The position numbers and the translations under genes were made by a program. The notes under the pieces were generated by a model. That model worked only from the letters and a program-made list of their open reading frames with translations. It had not been told where the DNA came from and made no database searches. A stretch of 64,000 bases of DNA from Patescibacteria group bacterium. GTDB lineage: Bacteria; Patescibacteriota; Minisyncoccia; Phycocordibacterales; UBA918. Every line of letters begins with the position of its first letter. Within the stretch, counting starts at the first letter, position 1. The stretch covers positions 63,116-127,115 of the forward strand of contig JAIEOU010000004.1 of NCBI GenBank assembly GCA_019750255.1. The letters are read 5' to 3'. Below are positions 40,373 through 50,592 of this stretch, one piece after another.

Positions 40373-41063
40373 AATGCCTCCAGAATATCACAGACAGCCG
40401 CCGCTACTTTAGCAAATCATAGAAGGACTTGCGCCCTTATTGATTCTGCTTACACGCTGGTTAGCTTGAATGTAGTGAGGCGCCTGTATCAGAATGATTT
40501 TGGTCTACCATCTTCTCTGGGTAACCCATATCGAAAGAATGCCTCGGTGCGACTTAGAGCTCCATTCTGCCGACCGCTTCAGTGAATGAGTAGTCGACCT
40601 CTGGCCGCACAATATGTTTCTCCCCTCGCGCACTGCATGCGCTTGCACATCATGAGGAGAGGTTTATACTGCCGAAAGGTGCAGTCGTGCACCACTAGAC
40701 AAGGATTCATACGATGCTCAAAGCGTTTGTTCAAGACATGAAAGATCTGCTCCAGATACCACGGGCACTCATCGCTCCTCTCTTCTCCAAAGAGATTCGC
40801 GGCGACTGATTCTGCCCGAACAGCCCCAGGACGACCCAAGTAGGTGCTAGCTTCACCTTCTCGCGTCGTTCTGGGGCTCTCCTTTTTTATACGCGCAATA
40901 CCAAAAACCAAGACTTTATAGTATGTCTACCTATCATTCATGATGGTGACGCTGTAGTTTTTATTGCCCGGCTACCCTGAGCTCTGCACCTTCGGTTACC
41001 AATCCCTCATCACGGCAACCTCCCGATTTTGCCATTCTGCCATTAATGCTAGAATGAACCCAT

Positions 41064-41516
41064 ATGACACTCCACGAAACACTACGCGAGACCTTAAAAG
41101 AGGCCATGAAAGCCAAGGACGAAGTGCGGCTGCGCACCGTTCGCAGCATGCTCACTGCGATGACTAACGAACTAGTCGCCACCGGCAAAAAGCCGCAAGA
41201 CATGATTGAGGATGCTGGTTTTCTCGCCGTTGTTAAGCGCCTCGCCAAGCAGCGGAAGGAATCAATTGTACAGTTTGACGCCGCCGGTCGAGCCGACCTT
41301 TCCGAACCCGAAAAGGCGGAGCTTATGATTCTTGAAGCCTACCTCCCTACCCTCATGACCCAAGAAGCCATCCGCCCAATAGCGGAAGCAAAAAAGGCTG
41401 AGCTCGGGGTGAGCGACAAATCAGGCGTCGGCAAACTCATTGGGGCAGTCAATAGAGAACTCGCTGGCAAAGCCGATGGTGGCGATATAAAGACAGTCGT
41501 GGAGTCACTCTTTTAA
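41064..41516 (+). CDS. GatB/YqeY domain protein
   Basis: MTLHETLRETLKEAMKAKDEVRLRTVRSMLTA typical YqeY N-terminus. Confidence 0.75.
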   Translation: MTLHETLRETLKEAMKAKDEVRLRTVRSMLTAMTNELVATGKKPQDMIEDAGFLAVVKRLAKQRKESIVQFDAAGRADLSEPEKAELMILEAYLPTLMTQEAIRPIAEAKKAELGVSDKSGVGKLIGAVNRELAGKADGGDIKTVVESLF

Positions 41517-41610
41517 GGAAGGGCGGCAGTATCCCCAGAAACTATGTGGCTTATTTGACAGATTGGTATTTTTTGTCATAATTTTGATGTAACCTTTTTG
41601 GGAGGCCACA

Positions 41611-41829
41611 GTGAGGTACGACATCACTTCCCTCGCCACCAAAGCAGCGGGGTTAATAGATTCAGGCCTGAGTGCTCCAGCCGCGGTCGACAGACTCTAC
41701 CAGAGTCTCCGCTGCTTTAACTGGGCTGAGTGGAGAAAATTACGGGCAGATATCCTTTCTGAGCTTGGAAGGCGGGGCGCACGCGCAAGAGACTCGGCCA
41801 AGCGGCAGACTCTGGCACCTCCGCAATGA
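41611..41829 (+). CDS. small hypothetical protein (GTG start)
   Basis: GGGAGG RBS 6 nt upstream of GTG. Confidence 0.35.
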   Translation: MRYDITSLATKAAGLIDSGLSAPAAVDRLYQSLRCFNWAEWRKLRADILSELGRRGARARDSAKRQTLAPPQ

Positions 41830-42018
41830 CAGGCCCAACACACACGAGTCCGCCCGACACCCCGGAATAGACATCCGGGGTGTCCTTATATTCTCTCTAC
41901 AGACCAATTCTCATTGGTATCATTATTTATTGACCACTTCACAATACCAGCGTATAACGTACAGGTCTTTACCCGTGGGGGGTAGGGATAAAAACAAGTG
42001 TCCAAGGGGGACAGAACA

Positions 42019-42462
42019 ATGGGAAAGAAAGTGACCAAGACCAAAGCGAACGCGGAGCCGGCCGCACTCAAGTTTGAAGCGGTGGAGTTCATCGTTGTGT
42101 CGGGCGAGCCGGATTTTCTCGCGGCGCTTAAAAGCGCCCCGTTTATCAAGCAGTTGCTCATCGCGGCCCTCGCACGAGGCAACTGCTCCTGCTCTCCAAC
42201 CCTCGAAACCGGAACCGACAATGGCCAACCGGTCCTCGAGATCTACTGCGACGGCGCAGTTCTGACCGATACAGCTCGGAAAGAGGTGGCTGCCTGGCAC
42301 AAGGCCGCGGTAGCATGGTACGGTGAGAACTTCACCAAAAAGAACATCACCTTCAGCCAGGCGCGAGTCGCGCCTACGGCCAACCAAACCGCTCAGTGGG
42401 CAGTCTGCAAAGCCGAGGTTCTGAGGGAGCAGACCCTGTTCCTCAATCAACGTATGGCCTAG
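42019..42462 (+). CDS. hypothetical protein
   Basis: RBS AAGGGGGA 7 nt upstream of ATG 42019 (MGKKVTKTK). Confidence 0.45.
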   Translation: MGKKVTKTKANAEPAALKFEAVEFIVVSGEPDFLAALKSAPFIKQLLIAALARGNCSCSPTLETGTDNGQPVLEIYCDGAVLTDTARKEVAAWHKAAVAWYGENFTKKNITFSQARVAPTANQTAQWAVCKAEVLREQTLFLNQRMA

Positions 42463-42543
42463 CTGGCCTTAACCGTCATTGCGTATACGCAGCGACACCG
42501 GTTCCGGGATGCGCAAGCAGCCCGGGACTTTTTTATACTCGAC

Positions 42544-43806
42544 TTACCACACAAGCAACTCTGGGTTGAACGCCAAAATACTACCCAGCGCAAGCATCAG
42601 TAACCCACCAATCAGCAGTGACAGGTTGGCGTACTTTCCACCCAGCGCCTGCAGCTTTCCATAACCCCAAATCGCGAGACCAAACACAATAACATCGTCT
42701 ACCATGTACCCAGCGGTATACACGAGCAGGTACCACTGCCGCTCCATAAACGTAAGCATGTTCATTTCCAGAATCTTGGTATACGCCTGCGGAATACCAA
42801 TTGAGCAGGCGAACTCAATTACATTGACCGAGAAGGCAATACCGATAATTGAAATGATCGACAACGCGGTAATTGGTTGGTTGGCAATTGCCTTGAACCG
42901 GGCAATCACTTTCCCCTGCGTTTCAAGGTCTGTCACATCGCACACGAGCGCCGCCTCCCGGTTTTTGTACCACCGCCACAAAAAGTAGGCACCGCCACCC
43001 AGAGCGAGAAAGCCGACGAGGGGGGTCACAATTTGATCAAGCGCAACAAAGTCCCAGGTTTTGTACCACACATTAAGAATAAGGTTGTACATGATGCCCT
43101 CGGCCAACATAAAGAGCCCTGCCAGGAACACCATTTTGCGGCGACTACCGGCCTGTGACAGAAGCACACAGAATGTCACAAGCACCCACATCGCACACGG
43201 GTTGAAACCATCGATTGTGCCTAAGACTAAAGAGAGGGTGAAGAGCGAAAACGACTGGAGATCTACAATTCCAAGAAGGGGTAAATCGAAAACAAACGAA
43301 GAATTTGAACCTTGATCACACGAGATATCAGAACACCCACCACCTCCTGAAGTTACGCTTTGCTTGGGAGCTTCGGAAAGATGTTCTTCAATTGTACGGA
43401 TAGTGCCCGTAAGAGCGACGCTGTATGCTTCTTTTATGGCCAGACCGGTCGTTTCGGGAGCATTAAAGCCAACAATCACTCTTTCCCCCACCACTGTGAT
43501 GGGAGTCACTTGAGAGATTTCATGCTTGGCAGTCAGCTGATCAAAAAGTGCCTTTGCCTCTGGATCTGTCTTTATATTTAAGTATTCATACGGCAGGTCG
43601 GTGGTTTCCAGCCACGCAAACTGCTTTTTACAAAAGCCACAATCATCGCGTCCAAAAATGAGCAGCTTCACTTCCCCATCACTACTCGCTGTAGCAGCGA
43701 CTACTGGCGCTGGTGCCGGCTGTACACCAACCATAGCTGGTCCATACCACCAGGCGAACAATGCAACCCCCAGCACCACCCAGCTACCCCACAAAAATTT
43801 CTTCAT
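42544..43806 (-). CDS. glutaredoxin/thioredoxin-like domain fused to CcdA/DsbD-like thiol:disulfide transporter membrane domain
   Basis: N-terminal TM + CGFC redox motif (LLIFGRDDCGFCKKQ); C-terminal polytopic domain with conserved TM cysteines (FNPCAMW, EFACSIG). Confidence 0.6.
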   Translation of the reverse strand: MKKFLWGSWVVLGVALFAWWYGPAMVGVQPAPAPVVAATASSDGEVKLLIFGRDDCGFCKKQFAWLETTDLPYEYLNIKTDPEAKALFDQLTAKHEISQVTPITVVGERVIVGFNAPETTGLAIKEAYSVALTGTIRTIEEHLSEAPKQSVTSGGGGCSDISCDQGSNSSFVFDLPLLGIVDLQSFSLFTLSLVLGTIDGFNPCAMWVLVTFCVLLSQAGSRRKMVFLAGLFMLAEGIMYNLILNVWYKTWDFVALDQIVTPLVGFLALGGGAYFLWRWYKNREAALVCDVTDLETQGKVIARFKAIANQPITALSIISIIGIAFSVNVIEFACSIGIPQAYTKILEMNMLTFMERQWYLLVYTAGYMVDDVIVFGLAIWGYGKLQALGGKYANLSLLIGGLLMLALGSILAFNPELLVW

Positions 43807-43844
43807 AAGTACGCCACTATAACAGAATAAAAAGCCGGGAGGGA

Positions 43845-44291
43845 CTACACTTGGTTGATGTAATCAGCGTATCCGGACACCTCCATCTCGGCCTTTGGAA
43901 TAAACTGTAATGCGACTCCGTTCATGCAGTACCGCATGCCGCCACGGTCACGCGGACCGTCAGGAAACACGTGGCCTAAGTGGTTATCACCTATAATGGA
44001 ACGAACCTCAGTACGTGAACTAAAAAAGGTATTATCTTCTACTTCACGCACTGCCGAGACCGAAATTGGTTTTACAAACGATGGCCACCCGGTGCCCGAG
44101 TCAAATTTATCCCCCGATGAAAAGAGCGGCTCGCCCGAGAGCACATCAACATAAATACCCGGCTCATAATTCTTATCGAGCGGACTCGTGCCCGCCCGTT
44201 CAGTACCATCTTCTTGGGTAACGTTGTACGTAACTGGCTCGAGCACGTGCTTGAGTTCATCTAGAGTTGGTTTTTTGTAGGCATTCCACAT
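43845..44291 (-). CDS. msrB: peptide methionine sulfoxide reductase MsrB (zinc-less form)
   Basis: GTGWPSF, HLGHVFPDGP, catalytic RYCMN; no CxxC zinc pairs. Confidence 0.85.
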   Translation of the reverse strand: MWNAYKKPTLDELKHVLEPVTYNVTQEDGTERAGTSPLDKNYEPGIYVDVLSGEPLFSSGDKFDSGTGWPSFVKPISVSAVREVEDNTFFSSRTEVRSIIGDNHLGHVFPDGPRDRGGMRYCMNGVALQFIPKAEMEVSGYADYINQV

Positions 44292-44466
44292 GGAGTGTGT
44301 GTTACTTTGACTAACAGTGCTTATTGTGCGGATCGTCGCGGACGTCGTAGGGGTGGCGATGGTGGCGGTATCTTAACTGGCTGTGGTACCCAAAACCACC
44401 ACCGCCCTAAGAGCCGGTACCATTGCCGCGAGGAAAACCGTATGGTAGATATAACTGAATTAAACA

Positions 44467-45138
44467 ATGACATTCCCTATTGATACGCAAGCGGCACTTA
44501 AACATTTCATTGTAGTGGACCCTACGATGGCCGCTCTCGTCAGTACAGCTCTGACGGCCCCCGCCCCAATTGCACTTCCAGAGGCAAAATCACAGAGTGA
44601 CTATTTCGGCAGCATCGTTCGCTCGATTGTCAGCCAGCAGATCAGTGTCAAAGCTGCCGATGCAGTTTTCGTTAGAGTGCTTGCGCGCGTCAGTGGAGTT
44701 GAGGTTGTGCGCACACAGCGCCGCGACACACCCGGCATTACCCCAGAGCGGGTACTCGCTGTGCCAGAAGACGAGCTCCGTGCCTGTGGCCTCTCTTTGC
44801 AAAAAACTAAATACATTCGGCACAACGCCCTTGTGTGGGACAGTATCGATACCAAGCACTTCGCCACCCGACCCGACAATGAAATTATCGAGGAGTTGGT
44901 TAAGCTCTATGGAATCGGGCGCTGGACGGCAGAAATGTTTTTAATGTTCACCCTTGCCCGCCCTGATGTCTTCTCCTTTGGCGACCTAGGGCTCATGCAA
45001 AGCATTTATGAGCACTACCCAGTGAAACCCCACCACGTCCGTAAAATCAATACTCTCGTAGAAAGTTGGGCACCGCACCGAACACTTGCATCACTCGCGC
45101 TCTGGTGGCACAAGGACGGCGGACCAGTCTTACTGTAG
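44467..45138 (+). CDS. DNA-3-methyladenine glycosylase II (AlkA-like, HhH-GPD)
   Basis: HhH-GPD motif LYGIGRWTAEMFLMFTLARPDVFSFGDLGL with catalytic Asp. Confidence 0.8.
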   Translation: MTFPIDTQAALKHFIVVDPTMAALVSTALTAPAPIALPEAKSQSDYFGSIVRSIVSQQISVKAADAVFVRVLARVSGVEVVRTQRRDTPGITPERVLAVPEDELRACGLSLQKTKYIRHNALVWDSIDTKHFATRPDNEIIEELVKLYGIGRWTAEMFLMFTLARPDVFSFGDLGLMQSIYEHYPVKPHHVRKINTLVESWAPHRTLASLALWWHKDGGPVLL

Positions 45139-45143
45139 ACTTG

Positions 45144-45617
45144 TCACTCGATCAGAAGACACTGTGAACACTCGGCGTGTGCCTCTGTGAGCTTGGTGAG
45201 CGCAGACACACTCGTGCCAGAGGTGCGCTCGAATTGTCGTAGCGCCACCGCTCGCGCCTTCGCGTCAGGCATGAGCGATTCCACCTCACGCCAAAAATCA
45301 ACGCTGTGATTCAGGACGCGCAGGTGACACAACTCGTGGATAATTATGTACTCCCGCAGACACGGCGGCAAAAAGAGCAGCTTGTAATTGAAATTGAGAT
45401 TACCCTTCGATGAGCAACTCCCCCACGAGCGACGCGTATCGCGAATAGCTATTCGCCCAAAGGTAAAGGTGTGTAACTCTGCATGATGTCGAGTCCGCTC
45501 ACTGATGAGCGCTCGTGCGCTTTCCTTGTGCGCCACATATGAGGCGGCGGGTGCACGTTTCCTTGTCCGCACGCGACGACGGCGACGAACGGTGAAAAAT
45601 TGAGGCCAGACTGGCAT
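45144..45617 (-). CDS. YgjP/DUF45-like (SprT/WLM-type) metal-dependent hydrolase
   Basis: IIIHELCHLRVLNHSVDFW (HExxH...H) zinc motif. Confidence 0.65.
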   Translation of the reverse strand: MPVWPQFFTVRRRRRVRTRKRAPAASYVAHKESARALISERTRHHAELHTFTFGRIAIRDTRRSWGSCSSKGNLNFNYKLLFLPPCLREYIIIHELCHLRVLNHSVDFWREVESLMPDAKARAVALRQFERTSGTSVSALTKLTEAHAECSQCLLIE

Positions 45618-45630
45618 ATATGGCTATTGT

Positions 45631-45674
45631 AACGCAAAACACAAACGACCACCCCTGGAGAGGGGTGGTCGTTT
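45631..45674 (-). terminator. Rho-independent terminator of the 45690-46721 gene
   Basis: aaacgaccacccct ggag aggggtggtcgttt followed on the minus strand by gtgttttgcgtt. Confidence 0.5.
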
Positions 45675-45689
45675 GTTATAGTTCTCTAC

Positions 45690-46721
45690 CTAGCGATCAT
45701 CCTCATCCTCATCCTCGTCTTCGTCCTCGTCTTCGTCCTCGTCTTCGTCCTCATCTTCGTCCTCATCAAGCTTCTCTCCAGCTTCCTCTACCATTTCTCG
45801 AACCTCCTTTGCTAGCTCGTAGGCTTCCTCAAAATCACTCTGGTTAAGGGCGCGGCGGGCCTCCATCAATTTCTTTACCGCCTCGTCAGTTGCGTCCTCT
45901 GCTTCCTCAATCATGTCATCCGTGTAATCACCATCATCTTCGCCTTCACGGATATCCATACGGAATCGCTGGATTTCTCGCTCGGCAGCAGCAATCTCCT
46001 TTCGAGCATCTTCCCGGCCAACGTCTTTACTTGATGATGCTGTATCGTCGTCTTCACTTTCATCTTCGTCTTCATTAGCACCACTCCCCTTGTCACCACG
46101 ATGTTTCTTTACCTTGTCACAGAACTTTTGGTTGCCCGGGAGTGTGTAGTCACAATTCGTCCACTTGTCGCCCAGACGATCCCACACCCGTGTTCGCACC
46201 TCAAGTGACTTTAGAAGTCCTGGAGGTACTGAACCCTCTACCCGCTCCTTGCGTAATTCACGCATCAGCTCGCGAGTTGGCGCATCGGGGCGACCCGTCA
46301 CTTCAAGCTCATAGCGAGCCTGGAAGCGCTTGATGGCTTCACGGGTCATTGGACCAAAGTAGCCAGTCACCCGACCCTCTGGATAGAGCTCCTTGTCACT
46401 CGCGAGTAACTCCTGAACCTTTATAATATCATCATTTTCTGTCCCTTCTTCAATATCCTTCACCAGTTCCTGTACGTCACCCTGCAAGGTAGCGAGGAGT
46501 GCCCGCAACTCGGTAATTCGCTTCAAGAGTGCCTCCAGCGCCTTCATGTTCGACGTCACTGGTGCGCTAGTGGTAGCAGTAGTGGTTGCAGTTGTTGTAA
46601 CAGAGGTCGTGGCGGTGGTGGTCGATGTTTGTGCACTGGCGACCATAGCTCCAGCACCCATCGTAAGTACGAGCACTGCTGCACACGCAGCAATACTGTA
46701 CGAGATTGTATGAGTTCTCAT
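45690..46721 (-). CDS. secreted peptidoglycan-binding-domain protein with T/A-rich linker and long (DE)n acidic C-terminal tail
   Basis: signal peptide, low-complexity TTATTSVTTTATTTATTS, PG_binding_1-like motif GRVTGYFGPMTREAIKRFQ...LEVTGRPD, C-terminal DEDEDED x ~15. Confidence 0.6.
   Translation of the reverse strand: MRTHTISYSIAACAAVLVLTMGAGAMVASAQTSTTTATTSVTTTATTTATTSAPVTSNMKALEALLKRITELRALLATLQGDVQELVKDIEEGTENDDIIKVQELLASDKELYPEGRVTGYFGPMTREAIKRFQARYELEVTGRPDAPTRELMRELRKERVEGSVPPGLLKSLEVRTRVWDRLGDKWTNCDYTLPGNQKFCDKVKKHRGDKGSGANEDEDESEDDDTASSSKDVGREDARKEIAAAEREIQRFRMDIREGEDDGDYTDDMIEEAEDATDEAVKKLMEARRALNQSDFEEAYELAKEVREMVEEAGEKLDEDEDEDEDEDEDEDEDEDEDEDDR
45697..45775. repeat. tandem trinucleotide repeat (GAN/CTC)n encoding the (DE)n tail
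   Basis: catcctcatcctcgtcttcgtcctcgtcttcgtcc... seen directly. Confidence 0.5.
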
Positions 46722-46790
46722 AATCTAAACATTAAAAGTAATAAACATCAGCACGCGACTGACTGGTGTTTAGTATAGCACCGGTACTTT

Positions 46791-48536
46791 TTAGAAAACG
46801 ACTTCGTCCGTTCGTTTAACCACACTCTTACGATGCAGTGCCCTTAAAACTCGTAAAATATTGTAGTCATAGCGCTCTTCGAGCGCTTCGTATAGAGGTT
46901 TGAGGGCTGAATCCCCGTGAATGCCAATCATAGCCTCTACTTCACGAAGGGCTTCATCCAATGAAAATTGTTCCCCCATGACGATACGAAGCTGCTCTAT
47001 ACCTACTGCCTCTTCATCAATCAATTCTTCCAAATGGCTGAAGATTGTAGATTCGGCGAGTCCTCGCAGGGCGGCAATGTCCGCCACATACTTTCCTTCC
47101 ATTGCGAGTTGTCGGGTTCGTTCTTGAGTACGTTCTTTTTTAACACGCTCCACGACACTACGCTTACCACCAGCAGGCGCCACGGCGCCGGCCACAGGCA
47201 CCCTGCCACCGCGAGTCGTAACAAACAACGCCTGAAGTTTCGCCACCTCTTCTTCACCCTGTTCGGCCAATAAGTCTTCAAGCATGCTGGACTCGGTGCG
47301 AAAGCGCTCATCTTGCGCCACCACGCGCGGGTCGACCGAAAGCGCCGCAGCACCCACCCCAAGCACCTTCAGACCTTTAAGTGTACGCACACGCGAAAGC
47401 GCTACATAGCCCTGACCATACACAAAAGCTCGTGAGAGGTCCATCTCAGCAGCATCAAGCGACATTCCCTGACTTTTGTGTACGGTAATTGCCCATGCGA
47501 GGCGGAGCGGCACCTGCGTTATCTGCGCGAGCACCTTTCCTTCATCGGTTACTTCCCACGACGTGGGACGAACCACCACCCTACGCCCATCAGCCATTTC
47601 AATTTCGGGGAAGCCATCGTCAGCATCGAAGCCCACCACGCGACCGAGGGTGCCATTTACATACCCCGCCTCGAAATTATTTTTAGTACACATAACCATC
47701 GCGTCCTCTTTAAGGACGAGTGCCTGCGGAGACAGGCAGGTGCGGACCAGCCCCTCGACGAGCGGCTTCCCTCCCTTAGTAGCCATACTAAACGTGCGTC
47801 CATATCCCGGCAGTGCCTTCAGCTGCTCTAGATTCACTGCGTCTACGTCCGCATTGTGGGTATAGAGTCGGGTCGGAACAATACCTTCAAACCCAATTTC
47901 AGTTTGCTCCGAAAGTAACGTGTAGTGCTCTTCCTCAACGGCGGCGCGGCGAATAGCAGACAGCAGTCCGGCAAGCATCTCATCTTCATGTCGCCACTGC
48001 TCGGAGAGATAGCACACGAGGGGCCGCGCCGCCTCCCACGCCCGACTCGCAAACGCATACCGCATCGAATTGCCCGGCTTTGTAATCGGTGGTAATTGGA
48101 AAAAGTCACCAACAAATACCACCTGCACACCACCAAACGCTTCGTTCTTGCCTCTCGCCGTCTTTAATACCAAATCAACCATATCAAGGACTGTTCCATC
48201 GAGCATGGAGATCTCATCAATCACGAGCACCTGCGCTCGCTCAAACCGCTTTACCAATTTTTCTTTTGTCGCTATCTGATCCAGATCGTAGCGCGTGAGC
48301 GTGTCTCGCACCCCAATTCCGCTCCACGAGTGAATCGTCATGCCACCAATGTGCGTGGCGGCGATTCCTGTCGAGGCCGTCACCGCCACCGTAAGTCCCG
48401 CCGCCTCGAGGTAAGAAATGTATTCATTGAGCACGTAGGTCTTCCCTGCTCCTGGCTCACCGGTAAGAAAAACATTGGCTCCAGTTTTGAGGGCTGTCAG
48501 CGCTTGTGCTTGTGTCATTGGGAATAAGCCTACCAT
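46791..48536 (-). CDS. PIF1/RecD-like SF1B DNA helicase with C-terminal HTH region
   Basis: Walker A GEPGAGKT, Walker B LVIDEISM, motif III VFVGDFFQLPPI, motif VHKSQG; start at one of two ATGs (48536 or 48518). Confidence 0.8.
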   Translation of the reverse strand: MVGLFPMTQAQALTALKTGANVFLTGEPGAGKTYVLNEYISYLEAAGLTVAVTASTGIAATHIGGMTIHSWSGIGVRDTLTRYDLDQIATKEKLVKRFERAQVLVIDEISMLDGTVLDMVDLVLKTARGKNEAFGGVQVVFVGDFFQLPPITKPGNSMRYAFASRAWEAARPLVCYLSEQWRHEDEMLAGLLSAIRRAAVEEEHYTLLSEQTEIGFEGIVPTRLYTHNADVDAVNLEQLKALPGYGRTFSMATKGGKPLVEGLVRTCLSPQALVLKEDAMVMCTKNNFEAGYVNGTLGRVVGFDADDGFPEIEMADGRRVVVRPTSWEVTDEGKVLAQITQVPLRLAWAITVHKSQGMSLDAAEMDLSRAFVYGQGYVALSRVRTLKGLKVLGVGAAALSVDPRVVAQDERFRTESSMLEDLLAEQGEEEVAKLQALFVTTRGGRVPVAGAVAPAGGKRSVVERVKKERTQERTRQLAMEGKYVADIAALRGLAESTIFSHLEELIDEEAVGIEQLRIVMGEQFSLDEALREVEAMIGIHGDSALKPLYEALEERYDYNILRVLRALHRKSVVKRTDEVVF

Positions 48537-48558
48537 AGTGACAGGGACATGCGGTAGA

Positions 48559-50592
48559 ATGAGCGTAATGAGTGAACGTTCTTCGGTGATCATTCCTATC
48601 AAAAATGGAACGAAGCTGGTAAAAAAATTAGCTACTCCTAAGGCTGTGGTTAAGAAACCGGCCGCGCCAAAAGCGGCGCCCATTCTTTCCGCCACGCCTT
48701 CCGCCGAAACCCGTCAGGTTACGATTACGTCTCCATCTATTCCAAAAGGAGCTGCAAAAAAGCTCGCAGCAAAAAGCGATGCTAAAAGTGCCCCTAAAAA
48801 AGTGACAGCTACATCAGCTCACCACGGTCACAACCACGGTAACGCTGTTCATCCCCCCATCATGCGCCAGTTGCTCCCTGGCGAGCGCATCAACCTGAAG
48901 CGCGATCCGCTCGGTCACTTACTCGTTGAAAAAATGCTTCGTGAAGCTGGCTTCCGCGGCCTGATTTCTAGTGACAAAGACCTACTCCAAAAATACAGCA
49001 CGGACGAAAGTATTTTTGCGATTACCCCGCAAGTAGTCCTGCAGCCTAAAAATCGACGCGATGTTGAAATCGCTGTTGGAGTAATAGCACGAGAGACCAA
49101 GCGGTTCACCTCCCTGTCGCTTACCCCGCGCGCAGCCGGCACCGGCCTGTCCGGAGGATCTCTTACCGACTCGATTACCATCGACGTGTGCGCGCACCTC
49201 CATCACATTGGTGAGGTCGTAGTAAAGAAAGATAAAATTACCTTTACCTGCGAACCGGGCGCCATGTGGCGTGACGTTGAGAAAAAGCTCAAGCGGTACG
49301 ATGCCTACCTACCGCCATACACCTCCTCAAAAGATATTTGTTCAATTGGAGGCTCGATTAGCAACAACGCGGCCGGACCTGACTCCCTACGCTACGGTCA
49401 CTGTGCTGATTGGCTTGAGTCGCTCGACGTTATCCTGGCCGATGGTCACACCTACACTATCAGGCCCCTGACCTACCGCGAATATAAACTGCTCGCCAAG
49501 GAAAAGCACGAGCATGCTCGTATCGCGCGCGCTGTATTTTCTCTTATCGAAGATAATGAAAAAGATATTCTGGCCGGCAAGCCACCAACGCCAAAAAATA
49601 CTGCCGGCTATGCCCTCTGGCGGGTATTTTCAGAGGGCGTAGAAGCCTTTAAGAAAGGCAACGGCACTTTTGACCTCACCCGGGTTATTTCTGGTAGCCA
49701 GGGCACCATTGGTGTCATTACCGAAATCACTATGCGTGCGCTACCGATTCAACACGATACCACCATGCTCACCATCCCCGTCTTTGACCTCCAAGATGCT
49801 GCTGAAGTGGTTCAAAAAGCCATCGGCTTTAATCCCATCAACGTTGAAATCTATGACGCACTGACCTTTGATATGGCGCTCAAGAACCCTTCGTTCTTTA
49901 AGTCCCGCCTCACCGGCCTCGCCTACTACCGCACCATGCTCGCGATGTACAAGACCTACCACGTACGCTACAGCCGTAAAGTACCTGAATTCACCATACT
50001 TGTGACACTTGATAAAGAGACGAGTGCACGGTATACCCAGGCGGAGCTTGCGAGCGCGATGAGCGGTGGTGGCACCCGCGCACGCGTGGTCACAAGCAAG
50101 ACCGAGGTCGAAATGTTTCTACAAATCCGCCGCGCTAGTTACCTGCTTTCTAAGCTTATCGATCCAGCGAAGCGCCCCGCCGCCTTCCTAGAAGACATGA
50201 CAGTTCCACCAGAATCGATGGGTAAGTTCTTTATGGAGATTAAAGCCCTCCTTAAAGAGTTCAATGTCGTATCTGCTGTTCATGGCCACGGCGCGAATGG
50301 CCACTTCCATTTCTATCCTCTCCTCGATTTTACGAATGCGACTACCCCCCTCCTTGTTGAACGCATGGCCGAACGCTTCTACAGCACCGCTATTAAATAC
50401 AAGGGGAATATCTGTGGCGAGCATAATGACGGCATCATCCGTACCCCGTACCTCAACAAGCTGTTTACCCCAAAAATGCTCCAGCTCTTCAAGGACCTCG
50501 AGCACATCTTTGACCCTGATGACATATTCAACCCTGGTAAAAAAGTAAACCCTCGCTTCGACATCAAAAGCTCAATGAGGAAGGTGAACTAA
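48559..50592 (+). CDS. FAD-linked oxidase (GlcD/D-lactate dehydrogenase-like) with lysine/alanine/proline-rich histone-H1-like N-terminal extension
   Basis: FAD-binding PCMH domain RAAGTGLSGGS; N-terminal 110 aa KKPAAPKAAP...AAKKLAAKSDAKSAPKK plus HHGHNHGN. Confidence 0.8.
   Translation: MSVMSERSSVIIPIKNGTKLVKKLATPKAVVKKPAAPKAAPILSATPSAETRQVTITSPSIPKGAAKKLAAKSDAKSAPKKVTATSAHHGHNHGNAVHPPIMRQLLPGERINLKRDPLGHLLVEKMLREAGFRGLISSDKDLLQKYSTDESIFAITPQVVLQPKNRRDVEIAVGVIARETKRFTSLSLTPRAAGTGLSGGSLTDSITIDVCAHLHHIGEVVVKKDKITFTCEPGAMWRDVEKKLKRYDAYLPPYTSSKDICSIGGSISNNAAGPDSLRYGHCADWLESLDVILADGHTYTIRPLTYREYKLLAKEKHEHARIARAVFSLIEDNEKDILAGKPPTPKNTAGYALWRVFSEGVEAFKKGNGTFDLTRVISGSQGTIGVITEITMRALPIQHDTTMLTIPVFDLQDAAEVVQKAIGFNPINVEIYDALTFDMALKNPSFFKSRLTGLAYYRTMLAMYKTYHVRYSRKVPEFTILVTLDKETSARYTQAELASAMSGGGTRARVVTSKTEVEMFLQIRRASYLLSKLIDPAKRPAAFLEDMTVPPESMGKFFMEIKALLKEFNVVSAVHGHGANGHFHFYPLLDFTNATTPLLVERMAERFYSTAIKYKGNICGEHNDGIIRTPYLNKLFTPKMLQLFKDLEHIFDPDDIFNPGKKVNPRFDIKSSMRKVN

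Noticed and set aside
40380-41063. 690-bp gap between rmuC and yqeY, possibly hosting an ncRNA
   Set aside because: No conserved motifs of RNase P, SRP, 6S or tmRNA could be recognised by eye. It is left unannotated rather than guessed.
45697-45775. Regular short repeats that could be mistaken for a CRISPR array
   Set aside because: It is a 3-nt periodic coding repeat inside an ORF ((DE)n), with no spacers or 25-40 bp repeat units. No CRISPR array or cas genes were seen anywhere in the window.
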